A stretch of DNA of 57,036 nt from NCBI GenBank assembly GCA_050701375.1, contig JBOHFC010000266.1, positions 1 to 57,036 of the forward strand. Direction: 5' to 3'. The notes beneath the pieces are model-generated. The model did no database searches and had not been told where the DNA came from. It saw nothing but the letters and a program-made list of their open reading frames with translations. Numbering within the stretch: position 1 is the first letter of the stretch; the number at the start of each line of letters is the position of its first letter. Origin of the DNA: Pseudonocardiaceae bacterium. GTDB lineage: Bacteria > Actinomycetota > Actinomycetes > Mycobacteriales > Pseudonocardiaceae. Positions 47,807 through 57,036 of this stretch are shown here, piece by piece. Made by a program: the position numbers and the translations under genes.

Positions 47807-48751
47807 TTGTCCGGCCGGTACGCGCGAAAACCGGGGTATCGTCGGCGCCGAATCAACGGCACCGGAGACGTTGGGGAACAGCAGTTGTCCACACGCGCGT
47901 CACTGATCGGCAAGAAATACTTCCTGCCCGCGCAGGAAGTGGCCGAGAGAGACGCCGCCGCCTATGCCGAGGCGACCGGCGACGACCCCGCGCGTTCAAT
48001 CGACCGGGGTTTCGCGCCGCCAATGTACGCAGTCCGGCTGATCGCCGGAGTGTGGCGCTCGGTGTACCAGGACCCCCAACTGGAGACCGCCGATCAACTC
48101 GTCCTGCATGCCGAGCAACGCATGCTGTTCGTGGACGACCTACGGCTCGGTACGCAGGTACACGTCAAAGGTTGGGTCAAGGCCATGATCAGTTTCGGCT
48201 TCGGTGACGCCGCCCTGATCCGCACCGTTGTCGCCGACGAGGCCGGACGGGCACTGGTTTCCATGGAATGCACGCTAGTGATCCAGGGCAGTAGCAACTG
48301 CCCACCCGACCGCCGTCGCGCCAGGGTGCTCAGCCGTGCCGAGCCGGTGTGCACAGAATCCCGGCTGCTCGACGAAAACGCACCCCAACGCTACGCCGAC
48401 GCCGCCGACGATCACAATCCGCTGCACCTCGACGACGAAATCGCCCGCACGGCGGGCCATCCCTCGCGCATCGTGCATGGAATGTGCACGCTCGCTACTG
48501 GTTTCGCGGCACTGAGCGGACAGCTGCTGCACGATCCCGACGAGCGAGTGCGATACCTGCGCACCCGATTCACCCGGCCGGTCCTGCCGGGCAGCGAGGT
48601 GACATTCTCGGCGCACACCACCGGCGCGGCACGGACCTACGCGATTTCCGCCGGCTGCCACGGGCGCCCCGTGCTGAAGAACACCTGGCTTCGGCTGGCC
48701 GATCGAGCCCCATGGCGGCAGGCAATCCGCTGCACCCCGAAGTGTCCGTAA
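47807..48751 (+). CDS. double hot-dog MaoC-like (R)-hydratase/dehydratase
   Basis: The C-terminal half has YADAADDHNPLHLD.E.A...G...RIVHGMCT (MaoC dehydratase motif). The N-terminal half is a hot-dog-like pseudo-repeat. The start codon is uncertain. Confidence 0.8.
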   Translation: MSGRYARKPGYRRRRINGTGDVGEQQLSTRASLIGKKYFLPAQEVAERDAAAYAEATGDDPARSIDRGFAPPMYAVRLIAGVWRSVYQDPQLETADQLVLHAEQRMLFVDDLRLGTQVHVKGWVKAMISFGFGDAALIRTVVADEAGRALVSMECTLVIQGSSNCPPDRRRARVLSRAEPVCTESRLLDENAPQRYADAADDHNPLHLDDEIARTAGHPSRIVHGMCTLATGFAALSGQLLHDPDERVRYLRTRFTRPVLPGSEVTFSAHTTGAARTYAISAGCHGRPVLKNTWLRLADRAPWRQAIRCTPKCP

Positions 48752-50244
48752 CAGGCTCGAACCGGCCGCTGGTGGTAGCTCTGGACAGCGCGCTCGAAGC
48801 GGACCGGGAACTACTGGGCGGCAAGGGAAGTGGCCTGGTCCGGATGGCCAGACTCGGAATCCCGGTGCCGCCCGCCTTTACGCTCACCACCGCGGCCTGC
48901 CGCCGATACCAGGACGACGGTCGACGACTCTCCGACGCGCTGTGGTCCGAGGTGCTGGAGGCGCTCGGCGCCTTGGAGGACAAGACCGGCCAACGGTTCG
49001 GTGGCGTCCCGCCGTTGCTGGTCTCGGTACGGTCCGGTGCCCCGGTGAGCATGCCCGGCATGATGGACACCCTGCTCAACGTTGGGCTGAACCAGCCTGC
49101 CTTGACCTGGCTTGGTCTCGGCGAGCCGACTGAGTCGGGCACTGGCTGGCTCTACGAACTGGCCTCCGGGATCCGGCAGTCGTTCGCCGACGCACCGTTC
49201 GCCGTGCTGAACGCCGAGCGCGGGACCGACGCCGGCGCCGAAGCGATGGCCCAGTTGCGCTGGGCCATAGCGCGGATCATAGACTACTGGCAAAACCGGC
49301 GCGCTGAGGCCTACCGCCGGGCCAATGGCATTTCCGTGGAGCTTGGCACCGCGGTCACCGTGCAGGCTATGGTGTTCGGCAATCGCGACGACGAATCCGG
49401 CACCGGCGTGTACATCACCCGCAATCCGGTGACCGGCGCCAACGAGCCTTATGGAGAGTGGCTGCCGCAGGCGCAGGGCGAAAGCCTGGTCTCTGGCGAG
49501 CAGAGCCCACTCGACCTGGGCATGCTCGGCGCGACTATGCCGGGGGTACACCGTGAACTCCTCGCCGCCGGCCGGCGGCTGGAAACCTGCGAGCGGCATC
49601 CGGTGGAGATCGAATTCACTGTGGAGTCCGGCCGGCTGTACCTCCTGCAGTCAAGGTGCTCCACCCGCACCCCTGTCGCGGCCGTCCGCTGGGCCGTCGC
49701 TCTGGTCGACGAGAAACTGATCGGGATCACGGACGCGGTGCGCCGAGTGGACGACGACACGCTGCGCAAGCTCACCGAGGTGGGTGAGCTGGTCGAGGCC
49801 ACCGGCCGCATACTCGCGCGGGGCACCGGGGTGGTGCCCGGCTGGTGTTCTGGGCTGGTGGTCGACGACGCGGACAAGGCGGACCGGCTGGTCGAAGCGG
49901 GTCAACAGGTGATCCTGGCGCGGCCGAGTACCAGCCCGCGTGACATCCACGGCTTCCTCGCCGCGGCCGGCGTGATCACCGAACGCGGTGGCAGCACCTC
50001 GCATGCTGCGGTGGTAGCCCGGCAGATCGGCGTGCCGTGTGTGGTCGGCTGTGACGATGGCGCCGTCGCCGCGGTAACCGGCCGGGTGGTCACCATCGAC
50101 GGGACCCACGGCGTCATCTACGACGGTGCGGTGCCGGACGAAGCCGCCGAGAAACAGTCAGCGCAGCTCCCCGAGTTGGCCCGGCTGCTGCGATGGAAAT
50201 ATGCCACGGCCCGTTTGCCCACGACCAGGAGTAGGAAATTATGA
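48712..50244 (+). CDS. PPDK/PEP-synthase N-terminal ATP-grasp plus swivel His domain protein, lacking the PEP/pyruvate-binding TIM barrel
   Basis: LLGGKGSGLVRMARLGIPVPPAFTLTT, SVRSGAPVSMPGMMDTLLNVGLN, and ERGGSTSHAAVVARQIGVPCVVGC. The ORF ends about 40 aa after the His domain. The start is ATG 48712, or GTG 48742. Confidence 0.85.
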   Translation: MAAGNPLHPEVSVTGSNRPLVVALDSALEADRELLGGKGSGLVRMARLGIPVPPAFTLTTAACRRYQDDGRRLSDALWSEVLEALGALEDKTGQRFGGVPPLLVSVRSGAPVSMPGMMDTLLNVGLNQPALTWLGLGEPTESGTGWLYELASGIRQSFADAPFAVLNAERGTDAGAEAMAQLRWAIARIIDYWQNRRAEAYRRANGISVELGTAVTVQAMVFGNRDDESGTGVYITRNPVTGANEPYGEWLPQAQGESLVSGEQSPLDLGMLGATMPGVHRELLAAGRRLETCERHPVEIEFTVESGRLYLLQSRCSTRTPVAAVRWAVALVDEKLIGITDAVRRVDDDTLRKLTEVGELVEATGRILARGTGVVPGWCSGLVVDDADKADRLVEAGQQVILARPSTSPRDIHGFLAAAGVITERGGSTSHAAVVARQIGVPCVVGCDDGAVAAVTGRVVTIDGTHGVIYDGAVPDEAAEKQSAQLPELARLLRWKYATARLPTTRSRKL

Positions 50245-50828
50245 TCACGACCAGGGAAGTGCTGCGCAGTCTCCGGCTAAAGGGGCGGGCCGGCACCGCC
50301 GACATCGCCGCGGCCAGCGGGATAGATGAGTCGGCCACGCAGGAGATCCTGGACCGCGGCACCGAGAACGGCTTGGTGAATCACCGCAGCGGCCGGCGTG
50401 GTGGTTGGATGCTGACCGCGCAGGGGAACGAAGAGGTCATCAGGCTGCTGGCGGAGGAACGTGCCGGGCTCGCCATCACCGACGCTGCCACCGCTTACGA
50501 CGGTCCCTTCCTGAAACTCAACGCTGAGTTCAAGGAACTGTGCACGCGCTGGCAGCTAGCCGGCGGGGACGCCACGGCCGCCGTGGAGGTCACCGGCGAG
50601 TTCGCGAGGATTCACGACCGCAACCGGGAACTGCTGGGCCAGTTCGCCAGCTCTATCCCCCGGTTTGATCGGTATTGTGCCCGGTTCGAGGCGGCTTACC
50701 AGCGGTTCCTAGACGGCGAGACATCCGCCTTGGTCCAGCCGCTTTCCGGCTCCTATCACGACGTGTGGATCGAGCTGCACGAGGATTTGCTGCTGCTGCT
50801 GGACCGCGCGCGCATAGAAGATGACTAA
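50241..50828 (+). CDS. hypothetical protein with N-terminal winged-helix-like segment
   Basis: 195 aa with ATGA overlap to the preceding gene. The N-terminus ..LRLKGRAGTADIAAASGIDESATQEILDRGTENGLV looks MarR/wHTH-like. No family was recognised. Confidence 0.45.
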   Translation: MITTREVLRSLRLKGRAGTADIAAASGIDESATQEILDRGTENGLVNHRSGRRGGWMLTAQGNEEVIRLLAEERAGLAITDAATAYDGPFLKLNAEFKELCTRWQLAGGDATAAVEVTGEFARIHDRNRELLGQFASSIPRFDRYCARFEAAYQRFLDGETSALVQPLSGSYHDVWIELHEDLLLLLDRARIEDD

Positions 50829-50875
50829 GCCACAGAAGTGAGGGATCCGCCGGTGGGGTCACAGCGCTTGGCGTT

Positions 50876-51943
50876 TCAGCCGCACCTGCCTGGCACCTGT
50901 CTGGCCAGCTCCATGGCAGTCTGCACGGCCATGGCAAGAGTCATATGCCGATGCCAGCCGCGCCAGCTGCGGACCTCATAACGGTCTAGCCTGATCTCCA
51001 ACCGTATGGCTCGCCAGCGCGCCTCCATGCGTTTCAGTTCGATGATCAGCTGGCTCAGCTCGCCGTTCGAGATGAGCCGGCGGGTACCCGCACAGTAGTA
51101 CGCCGAATGCGAGGAGCAACGGCCGGACGGCGAGTGCGCCGCGTATTGTTCCACCAGCTGCGGACGGCCGTGGTAGTAGCTCCGCGGTGTCCGTCCGGTC
51201 AAGGTCATGACGTCCAACCTCGGATCTTTGGTCTCCATCCCGCTGAGACTCTCGAACTCGCCCAAAGTGAGCGGGATCAGATACGGAATGCCCCTTTCCT
51301 GCAGGGTTCTCCGGAGGGTGATCTTGTCCGAGCACAGCAGTGAGAACGACGACATACGCGGTTCCAGGCCCGCGTCCATCGCACGTTTGATCATACCGAT
51401 CACGATCTGCGACTTGGTACGATAACCGAGGTCGGACGGAATCGACGCCTTACGCCGCCGATTAGCATCCCCCAGCCAGCTCGAGGGGAGATAGGGCTCG
51501 GCGTCGATCAGGACGAGCGCGCCACCAGGTGTCGAGTAGAACATCAGCAAAGCGATCTGACAGTTCTCCAGCCGACGATTGTCGACGCTGAACTGCCGAT
51601 CGACGGCGACCGCATCCGAACCCTTCTTGGCGAAAGTCCCCTCTGTCATGTACAGCCCGCCGTTTGCCAGACCGAAGTATCTTTTAACCACTTCAAGGAG
51701 GTTCCTGCGGACCTCGTTCTCATCCCATTGCGCCATCGTCAGCAGGCGTTGCGCACCGTCCGCCCGGCGTTCATTCGCATAAGATGCGATGTTCCGGCGC
51801 CCCCCGGGCGCGGTCTGCTCGGCGAGCCCACACATGTAATTCCACGCCCGCTGCCGGGGCTCGGCCCTGGTGAAATTCGGCGAAATAAGTTCGTGAAGTT
51901 CCTTCAACCAGTAAGCGATGTCCGCATCACCAACGGCTGCCAT
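50876..51943 (-). mobile_element. IS701-like (DDE) transposase gene, second and divergent copy
   Basis: LISPNFTRAEPRQRAWNYMCGL.........N.....ERRADGAQRLLTMAQWDENEVRRNL ... YEVRSWRGWHRHMTLAMA has the same family layout as 4780-6090, but I estimate only about 30% identity by eye. Confidence 0.75.
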
Positions 51944-52012
51944 GTCCCACCCCCGTGTATTGTTTGTATTGCCTTTAGTGCGTAGGCTTGCTTGATATAA
52001 TGTGGGTCGCGT

Positions 52013-52504
52013 CTACGCGCCACAGCTTCGGCTCCGCGGTGCTGGAGCAGCCGTGGTGGAGAGATTCATGCCCGGAACCGGCTCGGCACCAGCACACCAA
52101 ACACCATGCCGGCGGGCCAGCAGGTACAGCTTGGTGGCTGCGGCCAGTTTCAGGACAAGTGCGCGGACGACATCACCGAGAGTTTGCTCACGCGGCGGCT
52201 GCACGATGCCGTTTTCCAGCGCCTGGTGAGACGTCAACGACAGATTCGCCAGGGCAGCGACGCCTTGGCCCAAGCCGTCCTCGGGGTGGAAGTCATCGGA
52301 CGAGCCCACCTTCGCGCGGATCAGCTGGAGCTGGTAGGTGAGCAGGAACTCGCCCAACTCAGTCCAGCGTGCCTCACCGGTGGACATCGCCGCCACCGCG
52401 GACACCAGTGTTGGGAAGGCGCTGACGCGGGGATCTCCCGACTGAGGCCAGCCCACGTGTTGACGCGGCAGACGGAGTGCCGCGTCGGTATCTGGTCCGC
52501 TCAA
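52013..52504 (-). CDS. hypothetical protein
   Basis: 163-aa ORF whose central part (ELGEFLLTYQLQLIRAKVG...) looks protein-like. No family was recognised. It competes with the plus-strand ORF 52106-52558. Confidence 0.3.
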   Translation of the reverse strand: MSGPDTDAALRLPRQHVGWPQSGDPRVSAFPTLVSAVAAMSTGEARWTELGEFLLTYQLQLIRAKVGSSDDFHPEDGLGQGVAALANLSLTSHQALENGIVQPPREQTLGDVVRALVLKLAAATKLYLLARRHGVWCAGAEPVPGMNLSTTAAPAPRSRSCGA

Positions 52505-52719
52505 GTCACCACCTCCAGGGGCGTCCCCATCGCCAGAGTGTCGAGTCAGCGGGCTTGACAGGACTCCTCATCCTCATCGTCGTATCCACGATGGTGTGTC
52601 CGCAAGTAATTTATAGTTAACCAAGTCGCTACAGTAGCGGTCAAGAGCCGCGCGATGGTATCCTTAGCTACACGTTACGATTGCGAGAGCACCCGCGCTG
52701 AGCGCGATGACGAAGGAGT

Positions 52720-53187
52720 GTGCGCGTGGCCTGCGACGATGCCCGATCTTCGTCCCGCACGTCCTTGGCGGAGCGGCTCAACGAGCTGTTCGCGACCGTG
52801 ACCTACGTCGATGCCCATGGCCGCCGCCGGGAATACTCCACCCCGTACGTGGCCGACGCGATCACCGCGGACCACTCCCACGACACGCACCTGTCCCGGG
52901 TCTACCTCGCCACGCTCCGCGGCGGGACCAACACCAACCCGACGCTGGGGATGCTCCACGCCATTGCGAAGTTCTTCAACGACCACCGCCCTGAGGGCAT
53001 GACCTCGATCACCGCATCCCGCCTGCTACCCGAGGAGGAAACCCGCGAAGCGCAGGAATTACGCAGGAAACTGGATGACGCCGATGTACGAGTCATTGCC
53101 TCCCGCGCCGGCGACATGGATCCCACCGCCCGCCAGCAGCTCTTACGTATCATCGACGCGCTGGACACGCCGCCCACGCGGTCCTAA
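52720..53187 (+). CDS. EspR-like HTH (XRE-type) nucleoid-associated/transcriptional regulator
   Basis: LAERLNELFATV........YS...VA.AI........LS..YLATLRGG..TNP....L.AIAKFF ... D.DVR.IASRA..M....RQQLL.IIDAL is collinear with M. tuberculosis EspR as I remember it. The likely real start is GTG 52726, 8 nt after GGAG. Confidence 0.7.
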   Translation: MRVACDDARSSSRTSLAERLNELFATVTYVDAHGRRREYSTPYVADAITADHSHDTHLSRVYLATLRGGTNTNPTLGMLHAIAKFFNDHRPEGMTSITASRLLPEEETREAQELRRKLDDADVRVIASRAGDMDPTARQQLLRIIDALDTPPTRS

Positions 53188-53199
53188 CCTCGACGTTTC

Positions 53200-53470
53200 G
53201 TGTCGCGGATTCGGATCTTGTTTCGGTCGTGATCAGCCGGTTCGGTGGTGATGGTGTTGTGGGGGGTGTGACAGGTCGTAGCGGGAGGTTGGTCAGGCCG
53301 CTGTCTTTGGCGCACCGGATCCGGTTCTCGGCGCGGGCTCGGCGTCATTGTCGTAATTCGAGTTCGGATAGTTGGGTGCCGGAGCCGCCGGTGGCGGGTG
53401 TTGGTGGCGAACGCGCTGATGCGGTGACCCGTCGATGTCGGTGATGCGCACCACAACCATACGGCCAGTA
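53200..53470 (-). pseudogene. IS1380-family transposase C-terminal remnant (stop plus frameshifts)
   Basis: On the minus strand, frames read ..HRISAFATNT.. (53426-53397) and ..ELELRQ*RRARAENRIRCAKDSGLTNLPL (53338-53279). These are hallmark IS1380 C-terminal motifs, interrupted by an in-frame TGA and frame changes. Confidence 0.55.
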
Positions 53471-53579
53471 CGCCCGCGACCTGCGCGGATACCTCCGTTG
53501 TTCAGTCAACGGTTATAGGTGGCAGCGGCGGACGCCGTGACCGAATACGCCGTGACCAAGGTGGCGTCGATGTCGATCG

Positions 53580-54815
53580 CTAGCGTGCGAGCAGCGGAAC
53601 AATCGCGCGGGACAGCCCGACCAGCCATGCCGCATCCTCTTCAAAACTGAGCAGTGGAGGTGCGGGGATCGGGTACGGTGGCGATGCGGTAACCGCCGCG
53701 TGGCCTGCGACCTTCGCGCGAAGCGCGGTCGCGACCCGCGCCGCTGCTGCTGCTGCCGACTCGTTCCTGGCATCGATGGGCGAGTAGTAAGGTCCGAGCC
53801 ATACCAGCCCGTCCCGGATCTCGATCACGCGACGGTAGACGCGTCGACGGACGCGCCACGGTCGCAGCCCATCTCGCCACCCTGAGTTCCGGGACAGCTC
53901 CAGGGTGGGGAAGGCGTGGTTGAGTTCGGTCCACAGCGGAGCCAGCGCCCGGTAAGTGGCCCAGCGCCGCCACCACACCGGGATCGCGACACATGTCGCG
54001 GCCAAGGCGGGGTAAGACAAGCCAGCAAGAAAACCCAGCGTCCCCACAATCAATCCACCGAGATATACCTTGAGCAGGTATCCCAGGACAGGGGCACCGA
54101 GCGGCGCCCACCAGCCGACGACCCGGATCACCAGCCCCGTGCCGTCGAGGATGAGGAACCCGACCAAGCCCACGGTGAGGATATGCAGACCGCGCCGCAG
54201 CGCGCCGTGCGCGTCGCGCGCATACCGCAGCGACCACACCAACGAGACGGCAAACGCGTAGCAATTATAGAAGCCGCTCACGAATTCGATGAAAAAAGCG
54301 TGCCCATCGTGGATAGTGGTCAACGCGTTGGGGGCGAAACGCACCATCGGGGGTGCCAGTGCCCAAGCGGCGGCGACCATCGACACCGCGCTGGCTAGCA
54401 CGAGGGCTTGGCGACGGACGTAGCCCACGGCGTCATCCCGGCGTACCCCGTAGGCAAAAAAAGCCAATAGAGAAAGCGTAGTCACCATGACCATGACGTC
54501 GGTGACCAGTTTGGGAAGCCCATAAACCAACCCGTCGATGGTATACCGGATCGGGGTCGGCAAGCCCACTGTCCAGCCCACAGCGAAGGCAATAAGCCCG
54601 GCAGTCAGAGCAGCGAGCGGAAGATCCCCCGGATCACGCCACAGATGCCACGCCCGATTGGCGGCACCACACCATAGCGCGAGGCCGATGACCTCAAGAG
54701 CGGGAAGGATGGTTACCTCACGCTCTGATGGCGGCCTAACGACATCGCGATTTCGGCAACCAGGGCGGGCTGGGTAGCGGGTTGGGTATCCAGGATATTG
54801 AGCGTGTTTACCCAT
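53580..54815 (-). CDS. multi-pass membrane protein (MAB_1171c-like putative transporter family)
   Basis: About 10 TM segments, with a cytoplasmic C-terminal tail. It is typically found downstream of an ImmA-like peptidase gene. The start is uncertain because ATG 54815 overlaps the upstream gene by 103 nt. Confidence 0.55.
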   Translation of the reverse strand: MGKHAQYPGYPTRYPARPGCRNRDVVRPPSEREVTILPALEVIGLALWCGAANRAWHLWRDPGDLPLAALTAGLIAFAVGWTVGLPTPIRYTIDGLVYGLPKLVTDVMVMVTTLSLLAFFAYGVRRDDAVGYVRRQALVLASAVSMVAAAWALAPPMVRFAPNALTTIHDGHAFFIEFVSGFYNCYAFAVSLVWSLRYARDAHGALRRGLHILTVGLVGFLILDGTGLVIRVVGWWAPLGAPVLGYLLKVYLGGLIVGTLGFLAGLSYPALAATCVAIPVWWRRWATYRALAPLWTELNHAFPTLELSRNSGWRDGLRPWRVRRRVYRRVIEIRDGLVWLGPYYSPIDARNESAAAAAARVATALRAKVAGHAAVTASPPYPIPAPPLLSFEEDAAWLVGLSRAIVPLLAR

Positions 54816-55201
54816 TCCAAAATAATCGTGGCGACTAGTTCGGCTTCCCGTTCGTACGCTTCCTCATAGCAGGTCCGTCGGTAGGCGCGAATCGGTACAC
54901 CTTCGTCACTCATCACGTCAAGATCGGTCTCATCCGAGGGATGATCCGCGATCACATGGCCCACTTCGTGCAGGATGATGTGAGCTTGATGAACAGGAGT
55001 GGTCTCCTGCTGGTAGAAGATGTGATCTTCGTTGCTGCGTCCGATCCACAACCCGAACGGCCCAGGAACGATCAACGGCCACGGCCGCAGATAGATCGGC
55101 CGCCCACGGGAGACGGCCAATCGGCGGCACAGCTCCGGCACATCCAGCGGCGGACGGATGCCCAACTCCCGAAGCAACCTGTTGCTCCGCCGTCGGAGCA
55201 T
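54713..55201 (-). CDS. ImmA/IrrE-like (DUF955) zinc metallopeptidase
   Basis: HEXXH in IILHEVGHVIADH. The start is placed at the internal ATG 55201 (MLRRRSNRLL..); the ORF extends to 55291. Confidence 0.6.
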   Translation of the reverse strand: MLRRRSNRLLRELGIRPPLDVPELCRRLAVSRGRPIYLRPWPLIVPGPFGLWIGRSNEDHIFYQQETTPVHQAHIILHEVGHVIADHPSDETDLDVMSDEGVPIRAYRRTCYEEAYEREAELVATIILEWVNTLNILDTQPATQPALVAEIAMSLGRHQSVR

Positions 55202-55499
55202 ACGTTCGTACAACACGGCCTCCCGAGATCCGTACCACCCGTATAATATAATTACAAACTGGTCGCAGCATAGGGGTAAACTGCAACTCACCAGTCAGCG
55301 AGGCTTCCCCTTCCCCAAGGAGTGTCCCCGTGAAGCCGCTGATCGCTGCAGGTCGTCTGCTGCCCACTCCCCGACCGGGATCTCGGCGACCGGAACGGTC
55401 TCGCCGCTCACCCCGCGACGACATCACGGCAAGGCCACTTACCGTACCCAGGATCCTCGCCGCCACCGTGCTCCTGACCATCCCCGGGGACAAGTTTTC

Positions 55500-56576
55500 T
55501 CACCGGCCAGTGTGCTCCTTGTGCTCTGTGGGTTCGTCGTGCTCTGTGGGATCAGGGGCCGACACCGAACCTGTCCCCGTCAGATCGAGTTCGTCGGCCG
55601 TGACGGAGACAGGGCGCTGGCCGGGGGTGGGGCGATACATCGCATTGGCAATCGGACACCGACTGGCGGTGAAAGATTCGAGGGCCGCAGGAACGCCGCA
55701 GGCACACTCGCGGAGGTGTCTGGCCAAGATGATCGCGTCTTCGATCGCTGAGGTTGCGCCTCGGCCGGCCGCCGGGGAGAGGGCGTGGGCGGCATCGCCG
55801 ATCACGACCGTGTGGCCGAGGTGCCACGCGCCTTTCGGCACGAGGTCGTACAGCGCGATCGGGCGGCTCACCCAGGAGGTGTCGAGCACGGCTTGGACGG
55901 GCGTGTCCCGTAGCGCAGCGATCGCGGTCTCCTGGTCGATCACGTCGGTCGGGGCGCCGCTGTTGTGACGAGTGAACCAGAACGAGCCATCCCGGAGGTC
56001 TCCGACGTAACCGGCAACACCCTCGGAGTGGCGCCAAAAGTGCAGCACGCCGGTCGGTAAGTGCGGTGCGGGGCGTGGATGGTGCCCGTAGCGAATGATC
56101 TGCCCGGTGTAGGTGGGTTCGGCGAGGTTACCGATCGATCGCCGGGTCGCAGATCGGGCTCCGTCAGCCCCCACGATCAAGTCGGCATCAAGATCCCCAA
56201 TAGTTGCGGTGCTGCCGTAGTGACACGTGACGCCCGCCGCATCGAGCCGCTCCCGCAGGATGCCCAGCAGCTCGCAACGCCACACATGAGTACTCGGGAA
56301 GCGATGGGTGGCTTCGTAACGGGGAAAATCGGTTACGCCGCCCGTGGCGGTGTCGACAGCGCGGACGCTCACCACGGGGAAGCCGGCCGCCCAGACGTCG
56401 TCCGCGACACCGACCCGATCGAGCCCGGTCATCGCGGCGGGACCGAGGGTGACCCAGCCGGCGCGGTCCACGGACCGCGCCGCAGCTTCGTAGACCTCCA
56501 CTGATACCCCGATCTCGGCAAGCGCGAGCGCGGCAGTCGCGCCGCCGATACCGCATCCGATCACTACCGCGCGCAT
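55500..56576 (-). CDS. FAD-dependent aromatic-ring monooxygenase (salicylate-hydroxylase-like)
   Basis: MRAVVIGCGIGGATAALAL GxGxxG fold and VIGDAAHALSPAAGRGATSAIEDA. The start is at the internal ATG 56576. Confidence 0.85.
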   Translation of the reverse strand: MRAVVIGCGIGGATAALALAEIGVSVEVYEAAARSVDRAGWVTLGPAAMTGLDRVGVADDVWAAGFPVVSVRAVDTATGGVTDFPRYEATHRFPSTHVWRCELLGILRERLDAAGVTCHYGSTATIGDLDADLIVGADGARSATRRSIGNLAEPTYTGQIIRYGHHPRPAPHLPTGVLHFWRHSEGVAGYVGDLRDGSFWFTRHNSGAPTDVIDQETAIAALRDTPVQAVLDTSWVSRPIALYDLVPKGAWHLGHTVVIGDAAHALSPAAGRGATSAIEDAIILARHLRECACGVPAALESFTASRCPIANAMYRPTPGQRPVSVTADELDLTGTGSVSAPDPTEHDEPTEHKEHTGR

Positions 56577-56654
56577 GCTCGCCCCACTCTCCCGCCGCCG
56601 GTCCAATGATGCTGACTCGCGCCCGGCCCCTTCAGGCTCCTGTACCAATCCTCG

Positions 56655-56783
56655 TCACAGGCCAACCAAGCCTGGATCCAGGCTTAGTGCCCGCAACAGA
56701 TACACCTGGCGCCGCGACACTCCCAGCTCCGCCGCCGCGGCATCGACGGCCACATGCCCGACGACCATGCCCTGTGCCAGCAT
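56655..56783 (-). pseudogene. orphan 42-codon HTH fragment (possible transposase/integrase N-terminal remnant)
   Basis: The minus-strand ORF MLAQGMVVGHVAVDAAAAELGVSRRQVYLLRALSLDPGLVGL contains the ..LGVSRRQVY.L. helix-turn-helix typical of IS481/IS3-type N-termini. It is too short to be a full gene. Confidence 0.3.
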
Positions 56784-56815
56784 GCCCGATCACCTCCGCG
56801 TAACGGACGAGCAGC

Positions 56816-57036
<221 letters not shown>

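Overview
High-GC (roughly 70%) actinomycete chromosomal segment that reads as a mosaic accessory region lying between a TPR-repeat gene (left edge) and the 3' end of ligA (right edge). No rRNA, tRNA or CRISPR array was seen. Left to right: (1) a TPR gene built from 126-bp tandem repeats, then an IS6-type transposase remnant. (2) A blaI/blaR1-like pair followed by two small membrane proteins. (3) An IS701-family transposase. (4) A tightly coupled operon hemA-hemC-hemB-hemE-hemF-hemL on the minus strand, with a divergent HemY-type oxidase, an MFS transporter, an FAD monooxygenase and a GT39 membrane glycosyltransferase. This operon contains oxygen-dependent hemF and lacks hemD. (5) A saccharopine-dehydrogenase-like gene and an F420/LLM oxidoreductase. 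(6) An approximately 28-kb biosynthetic gene cluster at about 22.8-50.8 kb. It combines an LmbU-like regulator; a tryptophan-halogenase operon (P450, KMO-like monooxygenase fused to an amino-acid dehydrogenase, HpcH-type aldolase, halogenase, flavin reductase, second P450, DUF1772); a UbiA-family membrane transferase with an FAD oxidoreductase; and an ACP-dependent type II-like reducing PKS (two KS plus short CLF-like pairs, KR, MaoC dehydratase, malonyltransferase, PPTase, SRPBCC, DinB-like, two thioester-reductase-like SDRs) with a split PEP-synthase/PPDK-like kinase. (7) A second IS701-like transposase, an EspR-like regulator, an IS1380 remnant, an ImmA-like peptidase with a membrane protein, and an FAD monooxygenase. 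I do not recognise the cluster as any characterised pathway. Its most unusual parts are the monooxygenase-dehydrogenase fusion, the split kinase, and the co-location of reductases, kinase and UbiA transferase. Two sets of recurring non-coding motifs are also reported: TACTAC-N5-GTAGTA operators, and paralogous CCACAACCG-repeat leaders. All functional calls come from motif and family recognition by eye. No database search was run.
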